A stretch of DNA of 64,000 bases from Fibrobacteria bacterium (GTDB taxonomy: Bacteria > Fibrobacterota > Fibrobacteria > UBA11236 > JADFYW01): positions 96,001-160,000 of the forward strand of contig JBNKOC010000024.1 in assembly GCA_050294405.1 (NCBI GenBank). Reading direction: 5' to 3'. How positions within the stretch are numbered: the first letter of the stretch is position 1; every line of letters starts with the position of its first letter. This document shows positions 28,287-38,800 of this stretch, one piece after another. The position numbers and the translations under genes were made by a program. Under the pieces are notes generated by a model. The model searched no databases. It worked only from the letters and a program-made list of their open reading frames with translations, and was not told where the DNA came from.

Positions 28287-28712
28287 AAGAAATCCCCCCG
28301 GTTTAATTTATAACAGCTCTGCTGAAAGACTTCCCTATTCCCTCAGTTTGGTATCCAGAGCCTTAATTTTATTATATAGCCTATTTGAAAATAAACATAA
28401 GAAAAAACGTTTTTTTCGAAGTTTTTCAGCTAGTTTCCCGCAATATATATTGACGAATTTGATGTTTTTAAGGCTTATGTAATAAAAAAGATGGGAATCT
28501 ACCAAGTACCCCAAAATCCACAAAGCCTTTGGTTCCTCTATTTATAAGCTGTCAGAGGCCGATGTAGTTTACTTATTTTAAACAATACATCCTATTATTA
28601 ATAGGTATTTAATTTCGTTAAACAAATAAGCGCAAACATTGGAATAGCCGTAGGTAGGAATGCATCTATTTTGGTATTAAATCAATTACATATATGATTC
28701 TTTTATACCAAA

Positions 28713-29999
28713 TTAAGGGCCGCAGCTTGTAAAAACTTCCGAATTATAAAATAGTTGCCATACGCCATTCTCGAGATTTAACAAGAACAACCCCCTGTCA
28801 TTTCCGACTTCCCCAAATACAATAGTTGTACTACTCGCAGATTTATAAATACTAAGAGGCAAAAAACCAGGACGGCTATCAGAGGGAGATTGTTTAAAAA
28901 CCAATTTGCCCTTATAAAACAAATAGCCTACGCCATATTTAGGCGTATAAAGCATTAGTTGCAGGAAATCACCATATCGTTCAAATTTGAATTGAGGATG
29001 TTTCGTGCTGAATTCCTTCACAAAGCCTTTTGCTCTATCAAAATCAGAGTTATCTGATATTAAAATAAGGTTTCCTTCCTGCCTCCAATAACTTTGAACC
29101 TTTTTTTCACCAAAATTCTTATTATAATCTGACTCCCTAATCCATTGGATTGGCTCTATCCAATTTAAAACATTGGGTGGCATTATTGGCTCAAAGGATT
29201 TTACGTTTTCAAACTGTTTAACATCCTGACTGTCCAGAACCATTGTTCCAAAATCTTTAAGAGGTCTTTCCAGATTATATACAGCAATATAAACGCACTC
29301 CCTGGAACATGGTAGAAATGGAGCCCATAAATCAGACTTTTTGCATTCCTTTTCTAGGTATTTAAGGTTTCCATGCGAATAATCCTTCGAATCAAAGAAA
29401 AGAGCTTTTTGTAGTTTTTCTAATTTTAACAAGCCATTTTCCAAATCATATAATCTTCTACTTTCCAGAATTAGTTTTACTTTTTTTTCTTTGGGACCTA
29501 GCGATGTATAGCTAAATACTTCCGGCACACTAGAGTCACTGAATTGATTTTTGGGGAGGTACATTCTTTTCCAATTGAATTTAAAATATTGTTTTCGTTT
29601 AAATTCAAGTGAATTCCCCAAAGTGTCAAAGGCCTGGATATACCTAAACTTGTTTTCGTTTTTATTTGGGTATAAATACAGGAAATTAGTAAACACACTG
29701 TCTGTTTCTATATAGGCACATTTGAGATCAATGGTTTGGCCATTTATGAGCAACTCTTTTTTGCCTTTACTCCACGGGCAAGCTTTTACGGTAATCGAGT
29801 CTATTGTTACGGCATCTTCAAGCTCAAAGTACAACTCATTCTTTGGCTCACAAAACCGCATCATTCTCTTTCCCAGAGTTATTTTTTCCAAAACTGTTTG
29901 CACTGTGGAAGTATCAATACATGTAAGTGCATCGCTCCATACATTCGAAAATTGAATACAAAGTAACACAACAATTTTACTTATAAAGATTTTCAACAT
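28713..29999 (-). CDS. hypothetical secreted protein
   Basis: Long AT-rich ORF; signal peptide from MLKIF (29999); no family recognised. Confidence 0.6.
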   Translation of the reverse strand: MLKIFISKIVVLLCIQFSNVWSDALTCIDTSTVQTVLEKITLGKRMMRFCEPKNELYFELEDAVTIDSITVKACPWSKGKKELLINGQTIDLKCAYIETDSVFTNFLYLYPNKNENKFRYIQAFDTLGNSLEFKRKQYFKFNWKRMYLPKNQFSDSSVPEVFSYTSLGPKEKKVKLILESRRLYDLENGLLKLEKLQKALFFDSKDYSHGNLKYLEKECKKSDLWAPFLPCSRECVYIAVYNLERPLKDFGTMVLDSQDVKQFENVKSFEPIMPPNVLNWIEPIQWIRESDYNKNFGEKKVQSYWRQEGNLILISDNSDFDRAKGFVKEFSTKHPQFKFERYGDFLQLMLYTPKYGVGYLFYKGKLVFKQSPSDSRPGFLPLSIYKSASSTTIVFGEVGNDRGLFLLNLENGVWQLFYNSEVFTSCGP

Positions 30000-30138
30000 G
30001 TTTTTTCCTAGGCTCAGGAGTTTGCTGAAATCACAAAAGATTAATTTCTTAAATAAATTAAGCATTATCCGCTTTTAAAGCCAGCCGCAAAATGACTATA
30101 TTTAAAACCGATAGGTATTTGAACCCGGGGGGGACTTT

Positions 30139-31620
30139 ATGTTACGAACTATTGCATCAGCTGCAGTATTAATCACCGCAACTACAATTTTTTCTCAAAC
30201 CATAAATGTTTCGGGTAACATCAAAGACATCAACGGCAACGCCATATCCGGAGCTATTGTCCATTTAAAAACCGCGGACTTGAGTGACACAACTGGAAGT
30301 GATGGTAATTACCAGATTAATTTCATCCCTACTTCCCTAATCCCCCACCCTATTTCTCATGGGAAGATAAAAATGGAAAGCGGTATTCTGGAAGCTCAAC
30401 TGGAAAAGCAGGCAAAAATCAAACTGGATATTCTGGATGTTAACGGAAACCTGGTTGGATCAGAGCACAACAATAATGCCACTCCAGGTTACCACCGCTG
30501 GGATTTGGACCGCAATTTTTCCGGCCAGCAACTTTTAATAGTACTGCTTTCCATCGACAACCAAGTATTCAGTTTTCGATATCTTCCTTTGGGAACCCTT
30601 GGCAAACTAAATACATCAAACAATAACCACCAAAACAATAAAGCTCTCAGCAAATCCAGTTTAGCCCCAGATACTTTAGAAATAAGCGCAGACGGTTATT
30701 TCTCCCGGTCCATCTCTCTTGCCAGCCAGGAAATGGAACAGGATGCTATAATGTACAAAGACAATGGCAAAACTCCTCCGGGGCCAAGTGAAGGTTGTGG
30801 ACAAGGATTGGGAGATTTAACCAGCGATTACCGGAGCATTAACAGCAACAGCGATGACAGAGATTACTATTTAGATATACCTGAAAATTACAACCCAAAT
30901 TACCCTCATCGACTCTTTTTTGCCATGCATTGGGGAGGCGGCAATTATACTCAAATGGTAGACGGTATTGTGGAATGGGGACAGGGAACTGGACCGGAAT
31001 ACGCGTTTTATGGGTTGAAACACCGCTCCCAATTGGCAGAAGAGCCTTCCATATTTATAGCGCCAAATGGCATTGATGGCCGTTGGACGGAAGCGGCGCA
31101 CCCTTTGTTTGATAATTTACTGGCCTTCGCCAAGAAAAACCTTTGTATAGATACAACCCGCGTTTTTTCAACAGGTTTTAGCTTTGGCGGCATGATAACT
31201 TATTCCCTATCCACAAACCATCAAAAGGATTTACGGGCGGTGGTAGGACTTGCTCCAGCTAACTATGTGATTTATTTGCCAGAAAAAGTTGAAGAACCAA
31301 TTGCTTACATGAGCGCCACAGGCATGGATGATACAACCTGCCCCTGGGATGCCGGAGACAATGAAAGGGGCGCGAAATTTGCGCTTTTAGAAAAGGCCAC
31401 GGATAATGGCTGCGACATTCCTAATGATATTCCTACAACATTTTCGGGAAGCCGAACACATATGTGTTATGAATTTGAAGGATGTATGGAAGGTTATCCG
31501 GTTGTGGGTTGTACATTTGACGGAGGCCATATTGCCAATGTGGGCGATGGCGGGACAGGAAATGTAGGCGGCGATAGCTGGATCGTAAAAGAATCTTGGG
31601 ATTTTTTCGCCCAATTTTAG
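30139..31620 (+). CDS. secreted feruloyl-esterase-like (CE1 / PHB depolymerase fold) hydrolase with N-terminal Ig-like module
   Basis: PSEGCG; NLCIDTTRVFSTGFSFGG; GMDD; FDGGH; SWDFFAQF. Confidence 0.82.
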   Translation: MLRTIASAAVLITATTIFSQTINVSGNIKDINGNAISGAIVHLKTADLSDTTGSDGNYQINFIPTSLIPHPISHGKIKMESGILEAQLEKQAKIKLDILDVNGNLVGSEHNNNATPGYHRWDLDRNFSGQQLLIVLLSIDNQVFSFRYLPLGTLGKLNTSNNNHQNNKALSKSSLAPDTLEISADGYFSRSISLASQEMEQDAIMYKDNGKTPPGPSEGCGQGLGDLTSDYRSINSNSDDRDYYLDIPENYNPNYPHRLFFAMHWGGGNYTQMVDGIVEWGQGTGPEYAFYGLKHRSQLAEEPSIFIAPNGIDGRWTEAAHPLFDNLLAFAKKNLCIDTTRVFSTGFSFGGMITYSLSTNHQKDLRAVVGLAPANYVIYLPEKVEEPIAYMSATGMDDTTCPWDAGDNERGAKFALLEKATDNGCDIPNDIPTTFSGSRTHMCYEFEGCMEGYPVVGCTFDGGHIANVGDGGTGNVGGDSWIVKESWDFFAQF

Positions 31621-31629
31621 CCAAAATTA

Positions 31630-31646
31630 TTGGCAACATTTTTGCG
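31630..31646 (+). promoter_or_regulatory. candidate sigma54 promoter
   Basis: TTGGCAACATTTTTGCG, exact GG-N10-GC, about 90 bp upstream of 31734. Confidence 0.5.
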
Positions 31647-31733
31647 TCAATTGGATGTGGATTGGATCCATATTTGCTTGTATTGACTTTCTCCAATAAA
31701 AATATATGCTAATAAGAAAGGAGGTTCATAATT

Positions 31734-32132
31734 ATGAATTATTGGTCAGAACTCAAATCTAAGCTTACCAATGGAAATCCCGATTATTTTGCAAAAGCAA
31801 AAAAGCTTGGAGATTTGCTGGTATCTAAAGCTAAGGAAGGAAGTGAGTTTCTTGCCTCGAAGTCAAAAGAAGAAATAGAAATCCTGAAACTCAAATATTC
31901 CTTACATCAGAATCACTCAAAATTAACAGATGCTTTAGCAGATGTCGCTAGCCTTTCCCTCAACATGTATAAGAATAAAAAAGATTTTTACTCGGATGAG
32001 GATTTTAAAAAGAAGGTTGAATTGGCAGCTGATATCGAGATGCTTTGTAAGCAATTAGAGGATGAGCTTAAAAAGAAAAATGCCAAACCTCATTTTGAAA
32101 GGGAAACCGAAGAACCGGTTACACCTTATTAA
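31734..32132 (+). CDS. hypothetical helical/coiled-coil protein
   Basis: AAGGAGG RBS; Lys/Glu-rich amphipathic helices. Confidence 0.7.
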   Translation: MNYWSELKSKLTNGNPDYFAKAKKLGDLLVSKAKEGSEFLASKSKEEIEILKLKYSLHQNHSKLTDALADVASLSLNMYKNKKDFYSDEDFKKKVELAADIEMLCKQLEDELKKKNAKPHFERETEEPVTPY

Positions 32133-32457
32133 GTTTGGCATTAGGAGCGTGGCCTAGTCATCTGCATCGATGCTACGGCAAAAATTTAGGTGACTCTGCT
32201 TTCGCTCCAAATTAATACATTTATTGTAGGGAATTATTCCGGTTTTAATCTATTAACTAATGTTTTAAAACTGGAAATCCCCACAATAGACAATCCAAGT
32301 AATATTCCATAAAATTCTAAAAGACCCAAATCATAACATTTTGTTTTTTGGCTTCCATATATTAATTAACATGTAAACCATTAACGAGACAAAAACTATG
32401 GATACCGGCCAAAAATCTTTGTGATAACTATCAAGCACATACAAACAAGCCTTTCTG

Positions 32458-32770
32458 TTATACAAAACCATATCTGTAAGTCCAAACCTTTGTTGCCGAA
32501 AATAGAGAAGGCTGAGGTTGGCCTAATGTATTTAAGGCTATGCCCATAACCTCTTCCGTTGAACCATACATAGGGGATGAGTCGACCATCCCCCCACCCT
32601 TTTCAAAAAAAGTTTTCAGGATTTCCGTACAGTTATCGATACCCTGCCAATCGCCAAACATTATTAGGCAATAAACATAAGGTGGCAGTCGCTGCTAAAG
32701 CTCCAGAACCAAAAAATTTAAGGGCGTTACGGCGAGTAACATGGTTTTCAAATGTTGCAAGGTAATTCAT
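32458..32770 (-). pseudogene. Tat-exported aldo/keto reductase remnant
   Basis: ATG 32770 gives MNYLATFENHVTRRNALKFFG (Tat signal) and stops early; another frame gives GGGMVDSSPMYGSTEEVMG...LFSATKVWT and is then truncated. Confidence 0.8.
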
Positions 32771-32828
32771 GGCATTATTATTTGATTACTTAAGTTTTAC
32801 CAAATAATAAAATATAATCTTTGTAATA

Positions 32829-33359
32829 TTAGCCCATTACAGAAAAATACCAGATATAAAATGCGCTCCAAAATACCAATATTATGAAAACCGGGTATTT
32901 TCCAATTCCAAATCGAGAAAAAAATTTAAGAGCATAGTGGGTTATAACTATGCTTAGACAAAAGCGAATCCATCTGGCAGGTATGCTAATTGCCATAAAG
33001 GAAAAGTATCCTATTCCGCTTCGATAGGCCTCCAAAGCGAAAATTTTGTAGGGCACGCCTTTGAGAGGCCCTAAAAAAATTGCAATAACTCCCATGTCCT
33101 TTAATCTATCGGAAACGGACGATACCATTTTGGGAGAGATTCCAGGTATCCAATCCATATTTACATAACTGTAAAGTTTAACTCCGGTCCAATAGGTAAC
33201 ACTTCCACCAATTAAAGCTCCAGCCAAGGCATAGAAACTTGCCACAAACCCATTTTTAAAATTTTTGCGGACTACAAAGCTAAGAAATACATCGGGAACT
33301 AAAAAGAAAAAAGTAGCCTCTGCCAGGCCCCAGAAAAAAGCAATTGCCCTTCCTACCAA
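32829..33359 (-). CDS. DedA/YqaA (VTT)-like membrane protein
   Basis: AEATFFFLVPDV; GVPYKIF; ARWIRF. Confidence 0.7.
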   Translation of the reverse strand: MVGRAIAFFWGLAEATFFFLVPDVFLSFVVRKNFKNGFVASFYALAGALIGGSVTYWTGVKLYSYVNMDWIPGISPKMVSSVSDRLKDMGVIAIFLGPLKGVPYKIFALEAYRSGIGYFSFMAISIPARWIRFCLSIVITHYALKFFSRFGIGKYPVFIILVFWSAFYIWYFSVMG

Positions 33360-33988
33360 ATTTGGTTTCCCGCCTGCTCAGCTAATGTAGAAAAGGTCTC
33401 GTTAACAGATACCATAAAACTCTCCTTATCACCGGTCCATTTTAAATGCTCTCCAACAAATACATCACAAAAAAATGGAACTAATAAGGCTTCTCCTTTG
33501 GGCAAAGACTTACCCAGGCCGTAAAAATAGATGGGAACAACGGGCACTTCAGGCATTTGCTGTGAAACCCGGGCAATCCCTGTTTTTAATTGCTGAAACT
33601 TTTCAGGCTCCCCCCTGCTGCCCTCGGGAAAGAGGACTAATATATTTCCCTGCTTTAAGGACTCGTATACAGGTGCCAACAAGTCCTCATTTTCCTCTGT
33701 TTTTTTTCTTTTCAACGGTACAATTCCGATAATTTTTAAGGAAAACCATTTTATAAATGGATTTTTCAAGAAATAGTCCATGGCAGCAACTGGTTTCACA
33801 ATAGAAAGCTGTTTAAGCATCATAGACATAACCACCATTGTATCTAGATGGCTGTTGTGATTAGCTATTATGATAGCTGGGCCTTTGGTTGGCATTCGCT
33901 CCCGGTTGCGTATGTTAAGCCCAATAATTATCCGGATTACAATGCGGATAAACAGCTGAAAGTAAATAAAACGAATGAGCCAATTCAT
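33353..33988 (-). CDS. lysophospholipid acyltransferase (PlsC family)
   Basis: NHNSHLD; FPEGSRG. Confidence 0.92.
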   Translation of the reverse strand: MNWLIRFIYFQLFIRIVIRIIIGLNIRNRERMPTKGPAIIIANHNSHLDTMVVMSMMLKQLSIVKPVAAMDYFLKNPFIKWFSLKIIGIVPLKRKKTEENEDLLAPVYESLKQGNILVLFPEGSRGEPEKFQQLKTGIARVSQQMPEVPVVPIYFYGLGKSLPKGEALLVPFFCDVFVGEHLKWTGDKESFMVSVNETFSTLAEQAGNQIW

Positions 33989-34932
33989 TAGTAAAAGCTA
34001 TAGTGGACGAAGTGAAAAAACAAAGGGGCCGTATAGGTTAGACTGTCTATTCTATCCATAATTCCACCATGGCCAGGTAAGATAGAGCCTGTATCTTTTT
34101 TATTTAAATCCCTCTTTAAGGCAGATATGGTAACATCGCCCAAAAAGCCGCAAACACTGATTATAAGCCCGGCGGCCACAGCCAGTAGGCCTTTGATTTC
34201 CGTTAATATAGGCCCAAATAAAAGGGCTAACAATATGGTGGTAGCCACTCCGCCTAAAAAGCCCTCCCAGGTTTTATTGGGGCTTACCTTTGGTATAATT
34301 TTATGTTTGCCAAAGCTTTTTCCCCATATATATTGGGAAACATCGTTTATTTGAGTTAATACCACTAAAAATAAAACATACCCAGCCCCTCCAACCACAA
34401 ATCCCTCTTTAGCAGGCAGCGCCAAAAAATAAGAGACATGGCTTAAGCTAAATACCATAGTCATAAGCCCCCAATGGGTAATTCCCATGGCGCTTAAAAA
34501 ACCTTTTGTTTCGCCAATAATTACCATTCGGGCGGGCAAAAGTAAAAACATATACACCGGAATAAATATGATAAACATATTATACCAGCCTATGTATATA
34601 AAATAATATTGGAATGGAATGGCTAAGTAAGCCCAAAATATTACCCGCCTATCGGCTCTGCGTGTTGGAACAATTGAAATAAATTCCTTGAAGGCCATAA
34701 AGCTCAAAAAGGCAAAAAAGAAAATGGATATGGTTCTCGAAATGGTCATAGCAACCGAAAACAAAATGACCATAAACCACCAGGATTTTATACGAGCTGA
34801 AAGTTCAGATATATCTTTTTGAGGGTTTAATACCTTCATTAAAGCCACAACAATGGAAGCCACAATTAAAAGGCCAAATATGCCAGCCAAAAATAATTTC
34901 AAGTTTAAAGGCACATGGCTTAAAAAATTCAT
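33988..34932 (-). CDS. ynbB: phosphatidate cytidylyltransferase (YnbB-like)
   Basis: RIKSWW; SPNKTWEG; KRDLNKKDTGSILPGHGGIMDRIDS. Confidence 0.9.
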   Translation of the reverse strand: MNFLSHVPLNLKLFLAGIFGLLIVASIVVALMKVLNPQKDISELSARIKSWWFMVILFSVAMTISRTISIFFFAFLSFMAFKEFISIVPTRRADRRVIFWAYLAIPFQYYFIYIGWYNMFIIFIPVYMFLLLPARMVIIGETKGFLSAMGITHWGLMTMVFSLSHVSYFLALPAKEGFVVGGAGYVLFLVVLTQINDVSQYIWGKSFGKHKIIPKVSPNKTWEGFLGGVATTILLALLFGPILTEIKGLLAVAAGLIISVCGFLGDVTISALKRDLNKKDTGSILPGHGGIMDRIDSLTYTAPLFFHFVHYSFY

Positions 34933-35534
34933 TTAAGAGCCTCCAGGGCTTTTTTGCCTCTGTTCAAAATGGTTACAGCACTTAGAATGGCAATTAACAT
35001 AAGACCTATATTAATCCAAATTGAAGCTGTGAGCCCAACACCCATTAGCAATGCAACTAACCCTAACCAAAAGGCCCTGTCACTTTTTCCCATGGGGCCA
35101 TCGTAACGTCGCTCTGTTCCTATTTGCACAGCAATAACTCCGGTCATTTCGCCGATAATACCAAGTACAACAATTAATATCACCGCAATGGGATTAAGGC
35201 CCGGGATCAGAGCCAAAGGCAAATAAAGGGCTGCATCAGAAACCACATCGCCCAATTCATTTAAAATTGCGCCTAAGGCAGATTTCATATTATGTTCTCT
35301 GGCTAACATACCGTCTATGGCATTTAAGGCCATGCGGATAAACAATACAAGAGGTATTACGAGGAGCGGCCACTTTTGAGATGGAAACAAGGCAATAAGA
35401 GCACCTGCGACAATGGAAATTATCATTGCCAATACAGTAATTTGATTTGCTGTGACTCCGGCTTTAAAGAGGGATTGAACTACAGGCCGAAGTAAGTTTT
35501 GAAATTTAGGTTTAATATCGTATATGGAAGCCAT
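34929..35534 (-). CDS. ynbA: CDP-alcohol phosphatidyltransferase (YnbA-like)
   Basis: SIYDIKPKFQNLLRP; RMALNAIDGMLARE; GAILNELGD; GPMGKSDRA. Confidence 0.9.
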   Translation of the reverse strand: MASIYDIKPKFQNLLRPVVQSLFKAGVTANQITVLAMIISIVAGALIALFPSQKWPLLVIPLVLFIRMALNAIDGMLAREHNMKSALGAILNELGDVVSDAALYLPLALIPGLNPIAVILIVVLGIIGEMTGVIAVQIGTERRYDGPMGKSDRAFWLGLVALLMGVGLTASIWINIGLMLIAILSAVTILNRGKKALEALK

Positions 35535-35639
35535 AATTATTTTCTTTAGTCCCGATAAAATGGATGTTCAAATATTTAGCAATCCTTTTGGGTAAAGCAG
35601 GATAAAATCTTTATTCATGCTTTGATACAAAGCAATTCT

Positions 35640-35779
35640 CGATCCAAATAAATAATGGTGAATTTCGCTGAATTTTGACTGTTTTAAGCTTGGGTTGCAT
35701 TTGGAATTGCGCAAAGCTTTGCGCGGAAAAAGGCATTAACTCCTTCTTCCGCCATCAGCAATCTTGCCTTGTGCAACTT
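35640..35779 (-). pseudogene. possible AraC (YqhC-like) C-terminal remnant
   Basis: Minus-strand KLHKARLLMAEEGVNA resembles the RLHKAR..M...G..A helix; FS....YLFG follows out of frame. Confidence 0.35.
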
Positions 35780-35812
35780 CCCATTATTTCACGAAAGGCA
35801 CAGAAGAAATTG

Positions 35813-38800
35813 TTACTCCAAAAAAGGTGCTAAATATTCGCCCGGAATAACAGTTCTCGAGAAGCCCGGTCCTTCCCACGCTACACTCAGGTTATCAGCT
35901 CCCAAGCCTTCTTTTTGCAACGCTTCGATGTAATAAGCTTTTCCTGCGTCCAAATAAATTTGTATGGATTGTTGAGAAGGGTATTTATCCCATTGCTGAT
36001 ACCCAGTCCAACTATTGACATAGGCTATTTCATTTGCGTTATTGGGTTCTTCATCTGGACTCAAAAACAATTTACCTTCATTATCAGAGGCAAGCCAAAA
36101 AGTGTAAAAACCGCTTGCTTCCGGGATAAGGTAACCCGATATCCTGGTGCCATAAGTATCCGCCCAATCTAAATATGAGTCAAGAATCACCGGATAGTCC
36201 GATTCATCGGGATTATCGTTTTGGTAACGGGAGTCGTTGTACAGATTCTGCAGGCCGTCTCCAGCTATGTTATACCAAACATCCCGTAAAACAGTTCCGG
36301 CAACGAGTGAAGGATTCAGTTCGACGGAGCTAAAAGCCGCCATGGCTAAAAGGGAATTGTTATGTGAAGTTACAGCCATTCCTGCCTGGACATCATCTCC
36401 CATATCGAAGTCGCTAGAACCGACCAAAGTCCACGGGCTACCATCCTTTGAGTAATAACCGATAATTTCATCTCCCAGCTTTTCCAATTTAACCCATACC
36501 GGAGCTTTGATTCCGGTTATTTGAAAAGATTCGCAAAGCCCTCCTGACACTGCGCGGTATTGAAAAAAGACTCCTCGATTGGGAGTGACACCCACCATTG
36601 CAAATTGGGATGCGGCTGAAGTATTTTTCCTAACCATAAGGGCAGCCTTGGCCCAGTTGTTGGTAAAGTCGATGGTGTCAACTCGGGCCGTTATGGAAAA
36701 ACGACCTTCTTCCGAGCGAGAGACCAGATGAAATTGGTCTTCCTCATTCCAAATATCTTTACCTCCACCTGTAATAACAAAGTTATTTCCAGTTTGGGTA
36801 ACTGTACCCTCATAAAGCGGATCCCCGATATTATACGACTGCCAGCCCCATTGTCTTTCTATTCTAAAATCGCTCACTTGAGTAGAGGTTAGAACGCCTG
36901 GATTATGGGAAGTCACGGCCAGACCGGAATAGGTTTCAGCAGGCATGTTTATATTTACAGTCCCCGCCACAGTCCAGTCCAGACCATTCAGAGAATAATA
37001 GCCTGTAAACTGGTTTCCTTTTCTTGCCAATTTAAGGGCAACCGGTGATCTAAACCCCGGAATCTTATTGTAATTTGTCTGACCGGAAGTGTATGATCGA
37101 TACTGAAAGGAGACGCCATTTTCAGGAGTGACTGTCATCATTACATTTGCCGCATCCGCATCTTGTGAAGCACGAATCATGACTCCAGACTTGGCCCAAG
37201 GATCAGTATTTTCCAAAAAATTGACTTTCGCAGTTATACTAACATCTCCCTCCGTTTTTTCAGAGTAAAAATAAAATTGGTCCACACTTCCATAAATATC
37301 TGAACCTGCAGCTTGGATATTATAAGTATTCCCCGAATGTTCCAAATTGCCAGCCAAGGCGGGGCTACCGATGTCGCCTGAAAACCTATCCTCATTGAGA
37401 ATTTGGAAAAAGCTTAAAGCTACGGGAATTTTAGCATCCAGATAATTAGAACCCGTGGAGCCTATTTGCCGAGTAGTAAGGTAATTTTTTCGATATACAC
37501 CGCTTAAAATATCAGGGTTTGAATTAAAACGGATGGGAATAGTAATTGTTTCCCCAGGCTGAACAGTGGCATTTGTAAACGGAATTTGGAGCCATTCCCA
37601 ACTGCTGGGAAAAATACCGATGGACATTTCCGAAGTCGATTCTGTTTCATCCTTATCAAAAGTTGTTAGATTTTGAGTGCCATCTGGACTCTGCAGTCCA
37701 GTGAAAAAGGGCTGCGCTTCCGCCAGATAATTATAATGAAAAAAGATATTTCCATTCTCATAAAGGACAATTTGGAAACTATAAACATTGGTTGAGCTAT
37801 TATCTGTTACATTGTTGTATTGAATAATGACATGGTCCCCAAAATCTTGGAAAAATACATCGCCAAATGGCCATGATTTGAAGCTTGTCCAGTATCCAGC
37901 TATAATGCCAGGGTAACCGGGAAGTTGGGAGTTATCATAAAAATTGGTTTCAACAGGTCCCAGGACACTAATGACGCCGTTTGAGCTGATGTATATTTGG
38001 TCGTACTCTTCCCCGTAAAAGGGAAAATTAAATCCAAGGGTTTTAGTGACAGACACATTGTTGTTTTCGCTTAAGCTAGCAAGATTTTCTCCCGTGGTCT
38101 CAATACTATTCCATTGGTAGGGAGCGTAAAATCCTTCAAAGGAATACAGACTGAAATATTCTTTTGAATAGTTAATATCAAAAGAATATGGCTCTGTCAT
38201 GTTATTAGTAATTTTCCAATCTAAGGTTTTATTGTTATTACCCAGTAGTACTTCATGTATATCCAAAGGGCTGTATTCAATAGCAGGTAAAGCTTCAATA
38301 GTTATATTTTCCACCGAATTATCAATTTGAACTACTTGAGGTATTGCCGTTAGTCCTTTTGCGCCATCGTCGTAAATTCCAAATTCATATTGACTATAGG
38401 GGAGCCTTAAATTCAGTACACCATTTGCATCGGTGTACTGATAATAAGATTTATTATTTCCCAAATTGGTATAGGTTACCGGTGCGAAATCCACAGGTTC
38501 CCCATTCAGAGTGACTTGAACATTTACCTCGCTGAATCTCGCAAAGTCCACATGAACGGTGTGAGACTCCTCAATGGGATCAAATACATAGAACTGATCA
38601 TCCCGTTTGCCTAAACTTTGTCCATCGATAAAAAACTCTTCTACTTCGTATCCCGGATCCGGAGTGATGGTCACCCAAAAAAGTTCTCCAACATTAAGAG
38701 TGGTCACACCCTCGGGAGTGACACTTCCATTGGGACTGCTGGATGTGGTGACAGTGATTTTCTGTTCAAATTGGAACTGCTGGAAATGAGCAGCGGCCAC

